Assembly: GCA_903837075.1 (NCBI GenBank)
Contig: CAILTI010000025.1
Span: 1-61,138 of the forward strand
Length of the DNA stretch: 61,138 nucleotides
Origin: an uncultured bacterium
GTDB lineage: Bacteria > Patescibacteriota > Minisyncoccia > Phycocordibacterales > PALSA-1337
Direction: 5' to 3'
Shown here one piece after another: positions 44,433 through 52,054 of this stretch. A program made the translations under genes and the position numbers. The stretch's first letter is position 1. Each line of letters opens with the position of its first letter. The notes below the pieces were generated by a model. It was not told the DNA's origin. It worked only from the letters and a program-made list of their open reading frames with translations, and made no database searches.

Positions 44433-44969
44433 TCAGTAAGCTGACGCCATTACCTTCTGCCGGATCGGGCTTCGCGTGGACCTATCGCAAATGTCGGCAG
44501 CACACGGCACGATCTCGCCGAGATCGTTATAGAGTCGGAAATGGACTCTATTACTAGGTTCGAGATGATCGACCCCGAACTTTCTGAGAGCGGCCTTGGC
44601 CGTATCTAGTCCGAAAAATTTGTCGATCTGAACACAGATGAGAACCGGCTTCCCCAGTCGTACAGAGGAGACAGCTTGGGCGAGACAGCGTAGGGACATC
44701 CCGTTGTGAACCCAGACCAGGATATCCGCCTCGGCAGCGGGATCTAGATCATGGATGGCATCATACTTATCATCACGCTCGAGAGCTGTTACTGGCAATT
44801 CCTTACTGGTGATATCGACACCCGGAACTTGCCTAAAAAGCTCTTGTAATCTAGGCATATGGCACTTGAGGAATTCCTCGGATACGCCGGACATTGGGTA
44901 AGTTAAGTGGATTTTCATAGTTTCAATCTGACGAAATCCTATCATCTGAAAAGAATCTGGCAAGTACAT
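44433..44969 (-). CDS. Hypothetical protein, possibly nucleoside 2-deoxyribosyltransferase-like (DUF4406-type) fold
   Basis: MKIHLTYPMSG start and the ADILVWV strand pattern suggest this fold. Weak, from memory only. Confidence 0.4.
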   Translation of the reverse strand: MYLPDSFQMIGFRQIETMKIHLTYPMSGVSEEFLKCHMPRLQELFRQVPGVDITSKELPVTALERDDKYDAIHDLDPAAEADILVWVHNGMSLRCLAQAVSSVRLGKPVLICVQIDKFFGLDTAKAALRKFGVDHLEPSNRVHFRLYNDLGEIVPCAADICDRSTRSPIRQKVMASAY

Positions 44970-45031
44970 ATCGCCGTCAAATAAAATAAGGCCTCTACAG
45001 CCTCATTTTATTTTACACTTCTAATATTGTA

Positions 45032-45454
45032 TTATTTGACGTCCACACCCATAGATCTAGCTGTACCAGCGATGATCTTGGCGGCCTGATCGATCGTATT
45101 GGCATTGAGATCCGCCATCTTCCTTTCTGCGATCTCACGAGCTTGCGCCTTGGTGATAGTGCCGATCTTCTTGGTATTTGGCTTCCCAGATCCTTTTTCC
45201 ATCTTCAGCGCTTTCAAGATGAGACTTGAAGCCGGTGGAGATTTGAGCTTGAAATCATATGTACGATCTTCGTAAACAGTGATGAGTACTGGTATCATGT
45301 CCCCCATCATTCCCTTTGTCGCCTCGTTGAACTTCTTGGTAAAATCACCAATGTTAACACCAGCTTGACCTAGTGTAGGTCCCAAAGGAGGCGCAGGAGT
45401 GGCCTTCCCAGCAGGAGCGATGACTTTGACTTTCTTTATGATTTTCTTTGCCAT
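45032..45454 (-). CDS. rplK: 50S ribosomal protein uL11
   Basis: AGKATPAPPLGPTLGQAGVNIGDFTKKFN. Confidence 0.97.
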   Translation of the reverse strand: MAKKIIKKVKVIAPAGKATPAPPLGPTLGQAGVNIGDFTKKFNEATKGMMGDMIPVLITVYEDRTYDFKLKSPPASSLILKALKMEKGSGKPNTKKIGTITKAQAREIAERKMADLNANTIDQAAKIIAGTARSMGVDVK

Positions 45455-45495
45455 GGTTGTGGTACTTTACATCAAGTTAATCGAATAAGCAAGAT

Positions 45496-46041
45496 TTACA
45501 CCTTCTTCACCTGCAAGAAGTCGAGTTCTACTGGCGTCTCTCGTCCGAACATAGAAACCAAGACTTTGATCTTGCCTCTCTGTGTATCTACTTCCGCGAC
45601 CTTACCTTCGAAGTCCTTGAATGGTCCGTCAGAAACTTTGACGAGGTCACCAGTCACGAGATCGATAGAATGTTCGGTATTACCTTTCTGCATACGTGCA
45701 AATAGGGTTTCGACTTCCTTGGCTTCCAATGGAACTGGTGAAACTCCTGCCCCGACGAAACCAGTCACGCGTGGTGTATTGCGAACTATATACCAGGAAT
45801 CATCCGTAACTATCATCTCCACGAGAACGTAACCAGGATAGATCTTTTCCTCCTCTTCTATCCTCTTGCCAGCTTTGACTTTGATCTTTTTCTCTGTAGG
45901 CACGATAACATTGAAGATCTTGTCCTCCATACCGAGCGACTCGATACGTTGTTTCAAGTTTCGTGCGACCGCGTTCTCATAGCCCGCGTATGTATGTATC
46001 GCGTACCAATTCCTCTCTCCTGTTATGTGTTGTTTTGTCAT
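45496..46041 (-). CDS. nusG: Transcription termination/antitermination factor NusG
   Basis: NGN domain WYAIHTYAGYEN and KOW GDLVKVSDGPFKDFEGKV. Confidence 0.95.
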   Translation of the reverse strand: MTKQHITGERNWYAIHTYAGYENAVARNLKQRIESLGMEDKIFNVIVPTEKKIKVKAGKRIEEEEKIYPGYVLVEMIVTDDSWYIVRNTPRVTGFVGAGVSPVPLEAKEVETLFARMQKGNTEHSIDLVTGDLVKVSDGPFKDFEGKVAEVDTQRGKIKVLVSMFGRETPVELDFLQVKKV

Positions 46042-46054
46042 GGTAAATGTAAGA

Positions 46055-46231
46055 TTAGAACAGCAATGTTAGCAATCTAGAAAATACAAAGTCCGAAAGT
46101 CCGAGGATTGCTGCCGTAGCGATCGACACCAAGATAACGAGAGTCGTGAATCGTATCGTCTGTTGTCGAGTTGGCCAATTGACATGAGCCATCTCTGCGC
46201 GTGTATCTTTGATGTAATTTGTGATTCTCAT
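46055..46231 (-). CDS. secE: Preprotein translocase subunit SecE (58 aa, below track cutoff)
   Basis: Own translation: MRITNYIKDTRAEMAHVNWPTRQQTIRFTTLVILVSIATAAILGLSDFVFSRLLTLLF*. Sits in the canonical position upstream of nusG. Confidence 0.85.
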   Translation of the reverse strand: MRITNYIKDTRAEMAHVNWPTRQQTIRFTTLVILVSIATAAILGLSDFVFSRLLTLLF

Positions 46232-46378
46232 GTGATTTTGAGCCCTTTTACGGAGCAGATTGATATTTTTATTAAAAAACCCCGCCTGGGGATAACATAT
46301 ATATATTATACCCTTTGAAGCGTCAAGTCAATGGCGCCCAGTGAATGTGTTCCGACCGCACCTACGTCCACTCACCTC

Positions 46379-46476
46379 ATAACAATGAATGGTGCAGGGG
46401 TACGGATATTTTCCTGCTGGAAAATTCCTCGTGCTCTCACCAGTGCTCGCAAGCCCCCTTCACCCTTCATTGTTAT
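46379..46476 (+). repeat. Family B element, intergenic copy 22 nt after the DUF541 gene stop
   Basis: The core differs from the 21539-21646 copy at one position. Flanks are ATAACAATGAA / TTCATTGTTAT. Confidence 0.9.
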
Positions 46477-46498
46477 TCGGCTCAGTGTGTAGTAATAC

Positions 46499-47284
46499 CT
46501 ACTTTATCTCATACGTGACTGAGACACTACTCGTCACCTTCTGTTCGCCAACAGATACCTCTGGAGCAACTGATGCTGTTGCTGCCATCATCTTGGCAGA
46601 ATTATCCATGTTATACGTCATCGGTCGTGGTGAATTACCGCTTTCTGAGAAACTGACGACACGTACCAGACTGACACCGAGCTGTTTGGCCAACTCCTTG
46701 GCCTTCGACTGCGCATTGGCTATAGCAACACCACGTGCCTCAGCCTGTACAGACTCTGGCTTATCAACAGAGAAATTTAGACCGTTCACATTCTGAACCC
46801 CTATAGAGCCGATCGCGGCGAACAGTGTGCCCGCTTTACTCAAGTCACGAACCTTGATCTGCGTACTCTGGCTAACATCATAACCGGTGAGAACTGATCT
46901 GGATGGTGGGCAACTATTCGCAGTACATGGACTACTCTGATATTCATAATGAGGGTTGATATTGTATGAAGTCGTTTGGATATCCTTGTCTACAACTCCG
47001 CCACTACGAACCGCCTTGAGAGCAGCATTCACTTTGTTGGTAGCTTTTGTCTGAGCATCTACGACGGCCACTGATGTCTCTGTCACAGTAAAGGAAAAAG
47101 TGGCAACATCCGGTATCGCTACAGCATCCCCTGTTCCTTCGACAGAAATAGTATTGACGACTTGATCACTCTTGCCGACATAACCGATGGATTTCAATTC
47201 TTTCACAGACACAACAACGAGGAATATAGTTAGTAAACCCAATGCGCCGACAGCTGTTTTCCAAAAGTTTTGTGGAATATTCAT
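46499..47284 (-). CDS. SIMPL/DUF541 family periplasmic protein
   Basis: N-terminal TM, ISVEGTGDAVAIPDVATFSFTV, C-terminal VSVTYEI pattern. Confidence 0.75.
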   Translation of the reverse strand: MNIPQNFWKTAVGALGLLTIFLVVVSVKELKSIGYVGKSDQVVNTISVEGTGDAVAIPDVATFSFTVTETSVAVVDAQTKATNKVNAALKAVRSGGVVDKDIQTTSYNINPHYEYQSSPCTANSCPPSRSVLTGYDVSQSTQIKVRDLSKAGTLFAAIGSIGVQNVNGLNFSVDKPESVQAEARGVAIANAQSKAKELAKQLGVSLVRVVSFSESGNSPRPMTYNMDNSAKMMAATASVAPEVSVGEQKVTSSVSVTYEIK

Positions 47285-47326
47285 TTGATTAATTGTAATT
47301 ATTGTAATTGTTAATACTTCAATGAT

Positions 47327-47434
47327 ATACGAATCTACGAATATTACAAATATGCGAATGATTACGAATGTTATCTAGCCTACTCATGTGGATTCGTATC
47401 CATTCGCATATTCGCACCACTCGTAGATTCGTAT
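47327..47434. repeat. 108-nt imperfect palindrome built from TACGAAT-type words, abutting the folD stop
   Basis: ATACGAATCTACGA (47327-47340) / TCGTAGATTCGTAT (47421-47434). AATATGCGAATG (47349-47360) / CATTCGCATATT (47401-47412). Confidence 0.8.
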
Positions 47435-47435
47435 C

Positions 47436-48263
47436 CTATCGACACAAATCTATCAAATTTTCAAATAACGCCAATACTGTCATCGCCCCTACCCCACCAG
47501 GAACTGGCGAGATGGCTTTCACGATCTGCGAAACAGATTCAAAATCAACATCACCAACCAGCTTCTCCTCACCTATACGCGAGATGCCAACATCTATCAC
47601 CACCTGGTCACCATTCACATGCTTCGCCGTGATCAGGCCAGGCTTACCAACAGCAACGATGAGAATATCTGCGTCCTTCGTTCCTGATATCAGATCCGTC
47701 GTCTGGCTATGACAAACAGTCACGTGAGCACCTGCATTCTGGCACATGACGGCGATCGGCCTACCGACGAGGTCAGACCGACCAACTACGGTCACTTTCT
47801 TGCCTAGAATTTCGATACCATAGAACCTGAGCAGCTCTCTCACTCCCCTTGCTGTCGCTGGCATTATTCCCTTTCCCTTGGTCCAGCTACCGATACTCGT
47901 AGTCGTCAGAGCATCGACATCCTTCTCTGGTGCGATAGTATCGATAACCTTCGTTCGGTCGATATGTCCCGGCAATGGCAATTGGACGATGATGCCGTGA
48001 ATACTCTCATCATCATTCAACATCTCGATATGTTTCAATATTTCCGTTTGCGTGATCGTCTCCGCGAATAGTTCGTGCACGACTTCTACACCGATCTTGG
48101 CTGCAAAAAGTTTCTTTGCGCGAATATATGAAGTCGAATCAGACCTATCACCAACTTGGATGATCGCCAACTTTGGTATACACGGGAGCGCCTTCACCTT
48201 GGCGATGAGTTCTCCAGTATGCGCCTCACGAGTTTTGCGGCCGTCTATGATGATAGCTGACAT
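47436..48263 (-). CDS. folD: Bifunctional methylene-THF dehydrogenase/methenyl-THF cyclohydrolase
   Basis: IIDGRKTR..., VGDRSDSTSYIRAK, VTVVGRSDLVGRP, PVPGGVGAMT. An alternative ATG lies at 48284. Confidence 0.93.
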   Translation of the reverse strand: MSAIIIDGRKTREAHTGELIAKVKALPCIPKLAIIQVGDRSDSTSYIRAKKLFAAKIGVEVVHELFAETITQTEILKHIEMLNDDESIHGIIVQLPLPGHIDRTKVIDTIAPEKDVDALTTTSIGSWTKGKGIMPATARGVRELLRFYGIEILGKKVTVVGRSDLVGRPIAVMCQNAGAHVTVCHSQTTDLISGTKDADILIVAVGKPGLITAKHVNGDQVVIDVGISRIGEEKLVGDVDFESVSQIVKAISPVPGGVGAMTVLALFENLIDLCR

Positions 48264-48310
48264 AGTAAATCCAGCATAACACATATATATGATTTACTAA
48301 ATTATTACCC

Positions 48311-49309
48311 TCATTTTGCACTCCACCTGGCATAGATACCAGCCGGTAGCAATCTCATTCCTTCCTCCTTCCTTCCCTCTCCTATCGCGAGCTCCCCTAT
48401 CTCTATATGTCCACCAAATTTTTCCACGAGTGGTAGCAAATTATTTTCATAAGCCACCGCCGAGTAACCGGCCGAATAACCATTGATGAGGAAAAATAGC
48501 GGCCGATCTTTCAATAATGTTATACATTGATCGATGAGTGGCAAAAAATGTTCTTCTATCTTCCAAAGCTCACTATCCGGTCCATGACCGAATGCTGGCG
48601 GATCCATGATGATACCGTCGTATCTATTACCCCTTTTCAATTCCCTGCGTACGAATTCCCTGGCATCATCCATGATCCAGCGAACAGGTTTGTCTTTGAG
48701 ACCAGATAACTCCGCATTGTCTCGCGCCCAGGTCATCGCGGTTTTCGATGAGTCGACGTGCACAACATTCGCACCAGATTGTGAGCACGCTAGAGTCGCT
48801 CCGCCCGTGTAACCGAATAAATTTAGAATATTTATAGTATCGCTTTCTGTCTGAGAAGATTGAACGGGCACGGATATTTTCTTGCTAGAAAATTCCTCGT
48901 GCTCGCCCCGTCGGGCTCGCAAGCCCCCTTCACTCTTCTCAGACAGAAAGCTTTGAATGATATTTCGTAACCAATCCCAATTCGCTGATTGCTCTGGGAA
49001 AATACCGACATGCTTGAAAGATGAAGGTTTCACCCACAGCTTGAGTCCGCCAAATTCTATCGGCCATCTATCGAGTTTGCCGTTTTTCATCGTCCACTTG
49101 CCGTCACTACCATCACGAGAAAAGTGTCCGTCTGCTTTCGCCCATTCAGTTTGTGCCGACTTCTTGTGCCACAACGCCTGTGGATCTGGCCTAGAGAGAA
49201 CCACCGTACCAAAACGTTCGAGCCTCTCCCCCTCTCCAGAGTCGATCAACTCATAATCGGCACTCGACTCGGTTACCAAGATGTTAGATATTTTATTCAG
49301 ATTTGACAT
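48311..49309 (-). CDS. Class I SAM-dependent (RlmI/RlmK-like rRNA) methyltransferase, carrying a family B insert
   Basis: HVGIFPEQ, NLFGYTGGATLA (motif I), IIMDPPAFG (motif IV). Confidence 0.8.
   Translation of the reverse strand: MSNLNKISNILVTESSADYELIDSGEGERLERFGTVVLSRPDPQALWHKKSAQTEWAKADGHFSRDGSDGKWTMKNGKLDRWPIEFGGLKLWVKPSSFKHVGIFPEQSANWDWLRNIIQSFLSEKSEGGLRARRGEHEEFSSKKISVPVQSSQTESDTINILNLFGYTGGATLACSQSGANVVHVDSSKTAMTWARDNAELSGLKDKPVRWIMDDAREFVRRELKRGNRYDGIIMDPPAFGHGPDSELWKIEEHFLPLIDQCITLLKDRPLFFLINGYSAGYSAVAYENNLLPLVEKFGGHIEIGELAIGEGRKEEGMRLLPAGIYARWSAK
48842..48951 (+). repeat. Family B element in frame inside the methyltransferase gene
   Basis: The core carries compensatory changes. 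Perfect 18-bp flanks GCTTTCTGTCTGAGAAGA / TCTTCTCAGACAGAAAGC. Confidence 0.9.
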
Positions 49310-49349
49310 GATTTTTTATTCAAATTATGACCCCCCTAGCCCCTAATCA

Positions 49350-49847
49350 CTAATCACTAGTCACTACACTATACTTCTTAAACACCGCCAACGTTAGAAT
49401 AAAGAGGATCGTAGTGATCGCCGCCGAAGTTAAACAATATTGACAATATGCGTGAAGGACGAATGCCTGCAATGCCGTGAACCAGATCGATGCCAGGAAT
49501 CCTGGAACCGTCAGGAATAGACTGAGCCGCAGTATTTCAGAATTGTGTTTCTCCAGCTTGGTGATGTGTTTCGATTCGAGCAGAATGACACTACCGATGA
49601 CGATGAGGAGATAGTATATAGCACCAACTAGAGAGACTGGTATACCGAGCACGGCCGAGTACGGGCTAGTCAATACAGTTTCGCATCCACCTGTAACCGA
49701 GCACGGTGGTACGACTCCGCGGAAATACTCGACAGACAGAAATGTAGCATCCGCAAACCCGATCAGAGCGATGATCAGAATGGCGATAACTAGACTACTT
49801 GGTAGCTGCCGCAGCGGCCTCGTCAACAGTTTTTTTAATTTCTTCAT
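49350..49847 (-). CDS. Vitamin K epoxide reductase (VKOR) family membrane protein
   Basis: Loop cysteines PPCSVTGGCETV and CQYC redox motif, 4-5 TM helices. Start taken at MKKLKK; the track start is 49874. Confidence 0.8.
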   Translation of the reverse strand: MKKLKKLLTRPLRQLPSSLVIAILIIALIGFADATFLSVEYFRGVVPPCSVTGGCETVLTSPYSAVLGIPVSLVGAIYYLLIVIGSVILLESKHITKLEKHNSEILRLSLFLTVPGFLASIWFTALQAFVLHAYCQYCLTSAAITTILFILTLAVFKKYSVVTSD

Positions 49848-50451
49848 AGGTTGCAAAGTTGGTCTCCTTACCATTAACGAAATATGTCGGGGTATGATCG
49901 ATACCGATCTTTCTAGATTCCGTTTCTCCTGCCACTATTATAGCAGCCGTAGTGCTAGACACTAGGTCCGCCTTGAATTTCGTTATGTCCAATCCGAGAG
50001 TCGTGGCATATCCTTCAAAGATGGATTCGGCATCAGCATGTGGTTTCTCTGACCAATCATTCTGGTTGGCATAGAGCAAACTATACATCTCCCAGAACTT
50101 GCCCTGAGTAGCCGCGGCCTCAGACGCTTCTGCTGCTGGTATGGCGTTAGCATGTTGGGTCAATGGGAAATGTCTGAAAACGAGTCGCATCGTAGTCGAG
50201 GATTCGTTGAATAATTTCTCCATCACTGGGAAATATGTGCCGCAAGCTGGGCACTGGAAATCCTCATACTCGATAACTGTTACTGGTGCATTTGGATTGC
50301 CTCGAATATGATCTGCGGCAGTAACTGGTCCTGGTACGATATTGGACAAGTTCCTACGTGGCAACTTATTCATAGAAGCTATCAATCCCCAAACTATCAG
50401 AGCCAAAATGATGATAAATGATGCCCAAAAAATGATTCTTTTTGTATTCAT
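49795..50451 (-). CDS. DsbA-like thioredoxin-fold oxidoreductase, membrane anchored
   Basis: CPAC active site (FQCPACGTYF) and an N-terminal TM. Confidence 0.85.
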   Translation of the reverse strand: MNTKRIIFWASFIIILALIVWGLIASMNKLPRRNLSNIVPGPVTAADHIRGNPNAPVTVIEYEDFQCPACGTYFPVMEKLFNESSTTMRLVFRHFPLTQHANAIPAAEASEAAATQGKFWEMYSLLYANQNDWSEKPHADAESIFEGYATTLGLDITKFKADLVSSTTAAIIVAGETESRKIGIDHTPTYFVNGKETNFATYEEIKKTVDEAAAAATK

Positions 50452-50520
50452 AGGTTTTCAGTATACATATTTAATAGACGATCAACAAGTGTCATACCAT
50501 AGCCCTCACTCTGTCACTTG

Positions 50521-51294
50521 TCACATCCCCTCCGTGAGCGAAACGATCTTGTACCCCTTCCCCTCGATCGTCGTAAACACATCATCCAATATTCTACCTG
50601 TGATGTCATTGCCAACATGCATGAGATAGATACTCCCTGGCATAATATTGGAAATGATCCTATCGGTAACTTGTGCATCTGTAACTGTCTCTGGACCCTT
50701 CCAATCATACGCATCCGTAGTCCAGTATACTGACTCATACCCATCTCGATAAGCGGCCTTTAGAACCCTCTCATTGCGATCGCCATATGGTGCCCTGAAG
50801 TACGGCCTAGTGGAGACATTGGGGACAGAAGCCATGCCTCTGGTAATTTTAGCCAGAGCAACATCCATCTCATTCAATTCATTAACAACATCGACACTAG
50901 CGATCGATGTCAGGTAAGGATGGTTATAGCTATGATTGAATATTTCGTGACCCGCGGAAACGACTTCCCTAACAAAGTCAGGATACGCCTCTACGAATCT
51001 CCCCGTCATGAAGAATGTCCCCTTCACGTGATGCTCAGCGAGGACCGACAAAATTTTCTGACCAGACTGTATACCACTCCCAGCATCGAATGTAAATATG
51101 ACTTGCTGCTTGGTCGTATCACCACGACTGATCTCATCTATAGAATGTGCTCGAATACTGGCAGATGGTGAGACTACCGTAGCTGGGCGCGGTTTCTTTT
51201 CGGTCGATATGTAGACCGCCCCCAAGATCAACAAGATGCAAAAACCTATCATTGACTGCGTCCAATGCCTCTTTGTTATTGGTCCATTATTCAT
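50521..51294 (-). CDS. Polysaccharide deacetylase (NodB homology domain)
   Basis: FTFDAG and HEIFNHSYNHP motifs, N-terminal TM. Confidence 0.85.
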   Translation of the reverse strand: MNNGPITKRHWTQSMIGFCILLILGAVYISTEKKPRPATVVSPSASIRAHSIDEISRGDTTKQQVIFTFDAGSGIQSGQKILSVLAEHHVKGTFFMTGRFVEAYPDFVREVVSAGHEIFNHSYNHPYLTSIASVDVVNELNEMDVALAKITRGMASVPNVSTRPYFRAPYGDRNERVLKAAYRDGYESVYWTTDAYDWKGPETVTDAQVTDRIISNIMPGSIYLMHVGNDITGRILDDVFTTIEGKGYKIVSLTEGM

Positions 51295-51337
51295 GATGTA
51301 AAATAGTATTCATCGTTCTGAAATGATCGACAGATAC

Positions 51338-52006
51338 TTACCAAGGCATCATCTCTCCATTGAACCAGAAATATCCTGAGTCTGGTCTAGAGATCGCCAA
51401 TTTGTAGATATTGGCGGCCGCTTCATCTGGCGTAATATTCGCCCCTGCCCCACCCATCTGCGTTTGCACCCATCCTGGATGTACAGAAGAAACAGTGTGT
51501 TGATCCTTCAATCTGAGAGCCAGAGTTCGCGTGTACATATTGAGCGCGGCCTTGGAGATCTTGTAGCTAGGATAATGACCGAGGAAATGACTATGATGTC
51601 CCGTTTCTTCCAACGAGCCGGCAGATGATGATACGTTCACGATGTGCCCTCCTATATCTAACATCGGTATGAGTCTCTCTGTGAGATCTATCGTGCCTAT
51701 CAAGTTGACCTCCAGGGTTTTGCGAAGTTTCTCTATGACGATAGCCGTCTCATCCTCGTCAAAGATCGCCCCGGCGTTATTGATATGGATATTTATCTTC
51801 TTGCCGAGCTTGTTCGCACCATCCACACAGTCCTCGATACTTTTTGACGATGAGAGATCGAGCTTCAGAACTTTCAGATCGGTATTTTCGATATCAACCT
51901 CTCCGGAAGTAGATGTGCCAATGACGAAATAACCTTCATTCAAGAATTTCATAGCTAGAGCCTTCCCTATCCCCTTGGAAACACCTGATATAAATACTGT
52001 ATTCAT
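51338..52006 (-). CDS. Short-chain dehydrogenase/reductase
   Basis: SGVSKGIGKA glycine motif, NNAG, YKISK catalytic motif. Confidence 0.9.
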   Translation of the reverse strand: MNTVFISGVSKGIGKALAMKFLNEGYFVIGTSTSGEVDIENTDLKVLKLDLSSSKSIEDCVDGANKLGKKINIHINNAGAIFDEDETAIVIEKLRKTLEVNLIGTIDLTERLIPMLDIGGHIVNVSSSAGSLEETGHHSHFLGHYPSYKISKAALNMYTRTLALRLKDQHTVSSVHPGWVQTQMGGAGANITPDEAAANIYKLAISRPDSGYFWFNGEMMPW

Positions 52007-52054
52007 GGCTGGATTATATCAGCATTCTCACAAAATGTCCTAGACAATCCGGAA

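Noticed and set aside
46389-46796. 135-aa plus-strand ORF
   Set aside because: Its first ~30 codons are the family B repeat itself (MVQGYGYFPAGKFLVL..), and the rest is antisense to the well-supported DUF541 gene. I consider it spurious.
10486-48951. Families A and B as a CRISPR array or other regularly spaced repeat
   Set aside because: Copies are kilobases apart at irregular spacing and lie in different genes. There are no short uniform spacers and no cas genes.
49830-49836. Programmed -1 frameshift at the A7 run fusing the DsbA-like and VKOR genes
   Set aside because: The VKOR frame is +1, not -1, relative to the upstream gene. No downstream stimulatory structure is visible, and VKOR has its own in-frame ATG. 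Plain gene overlap or a sequencing error are simpler explanations, so I kept only a low-interest note.
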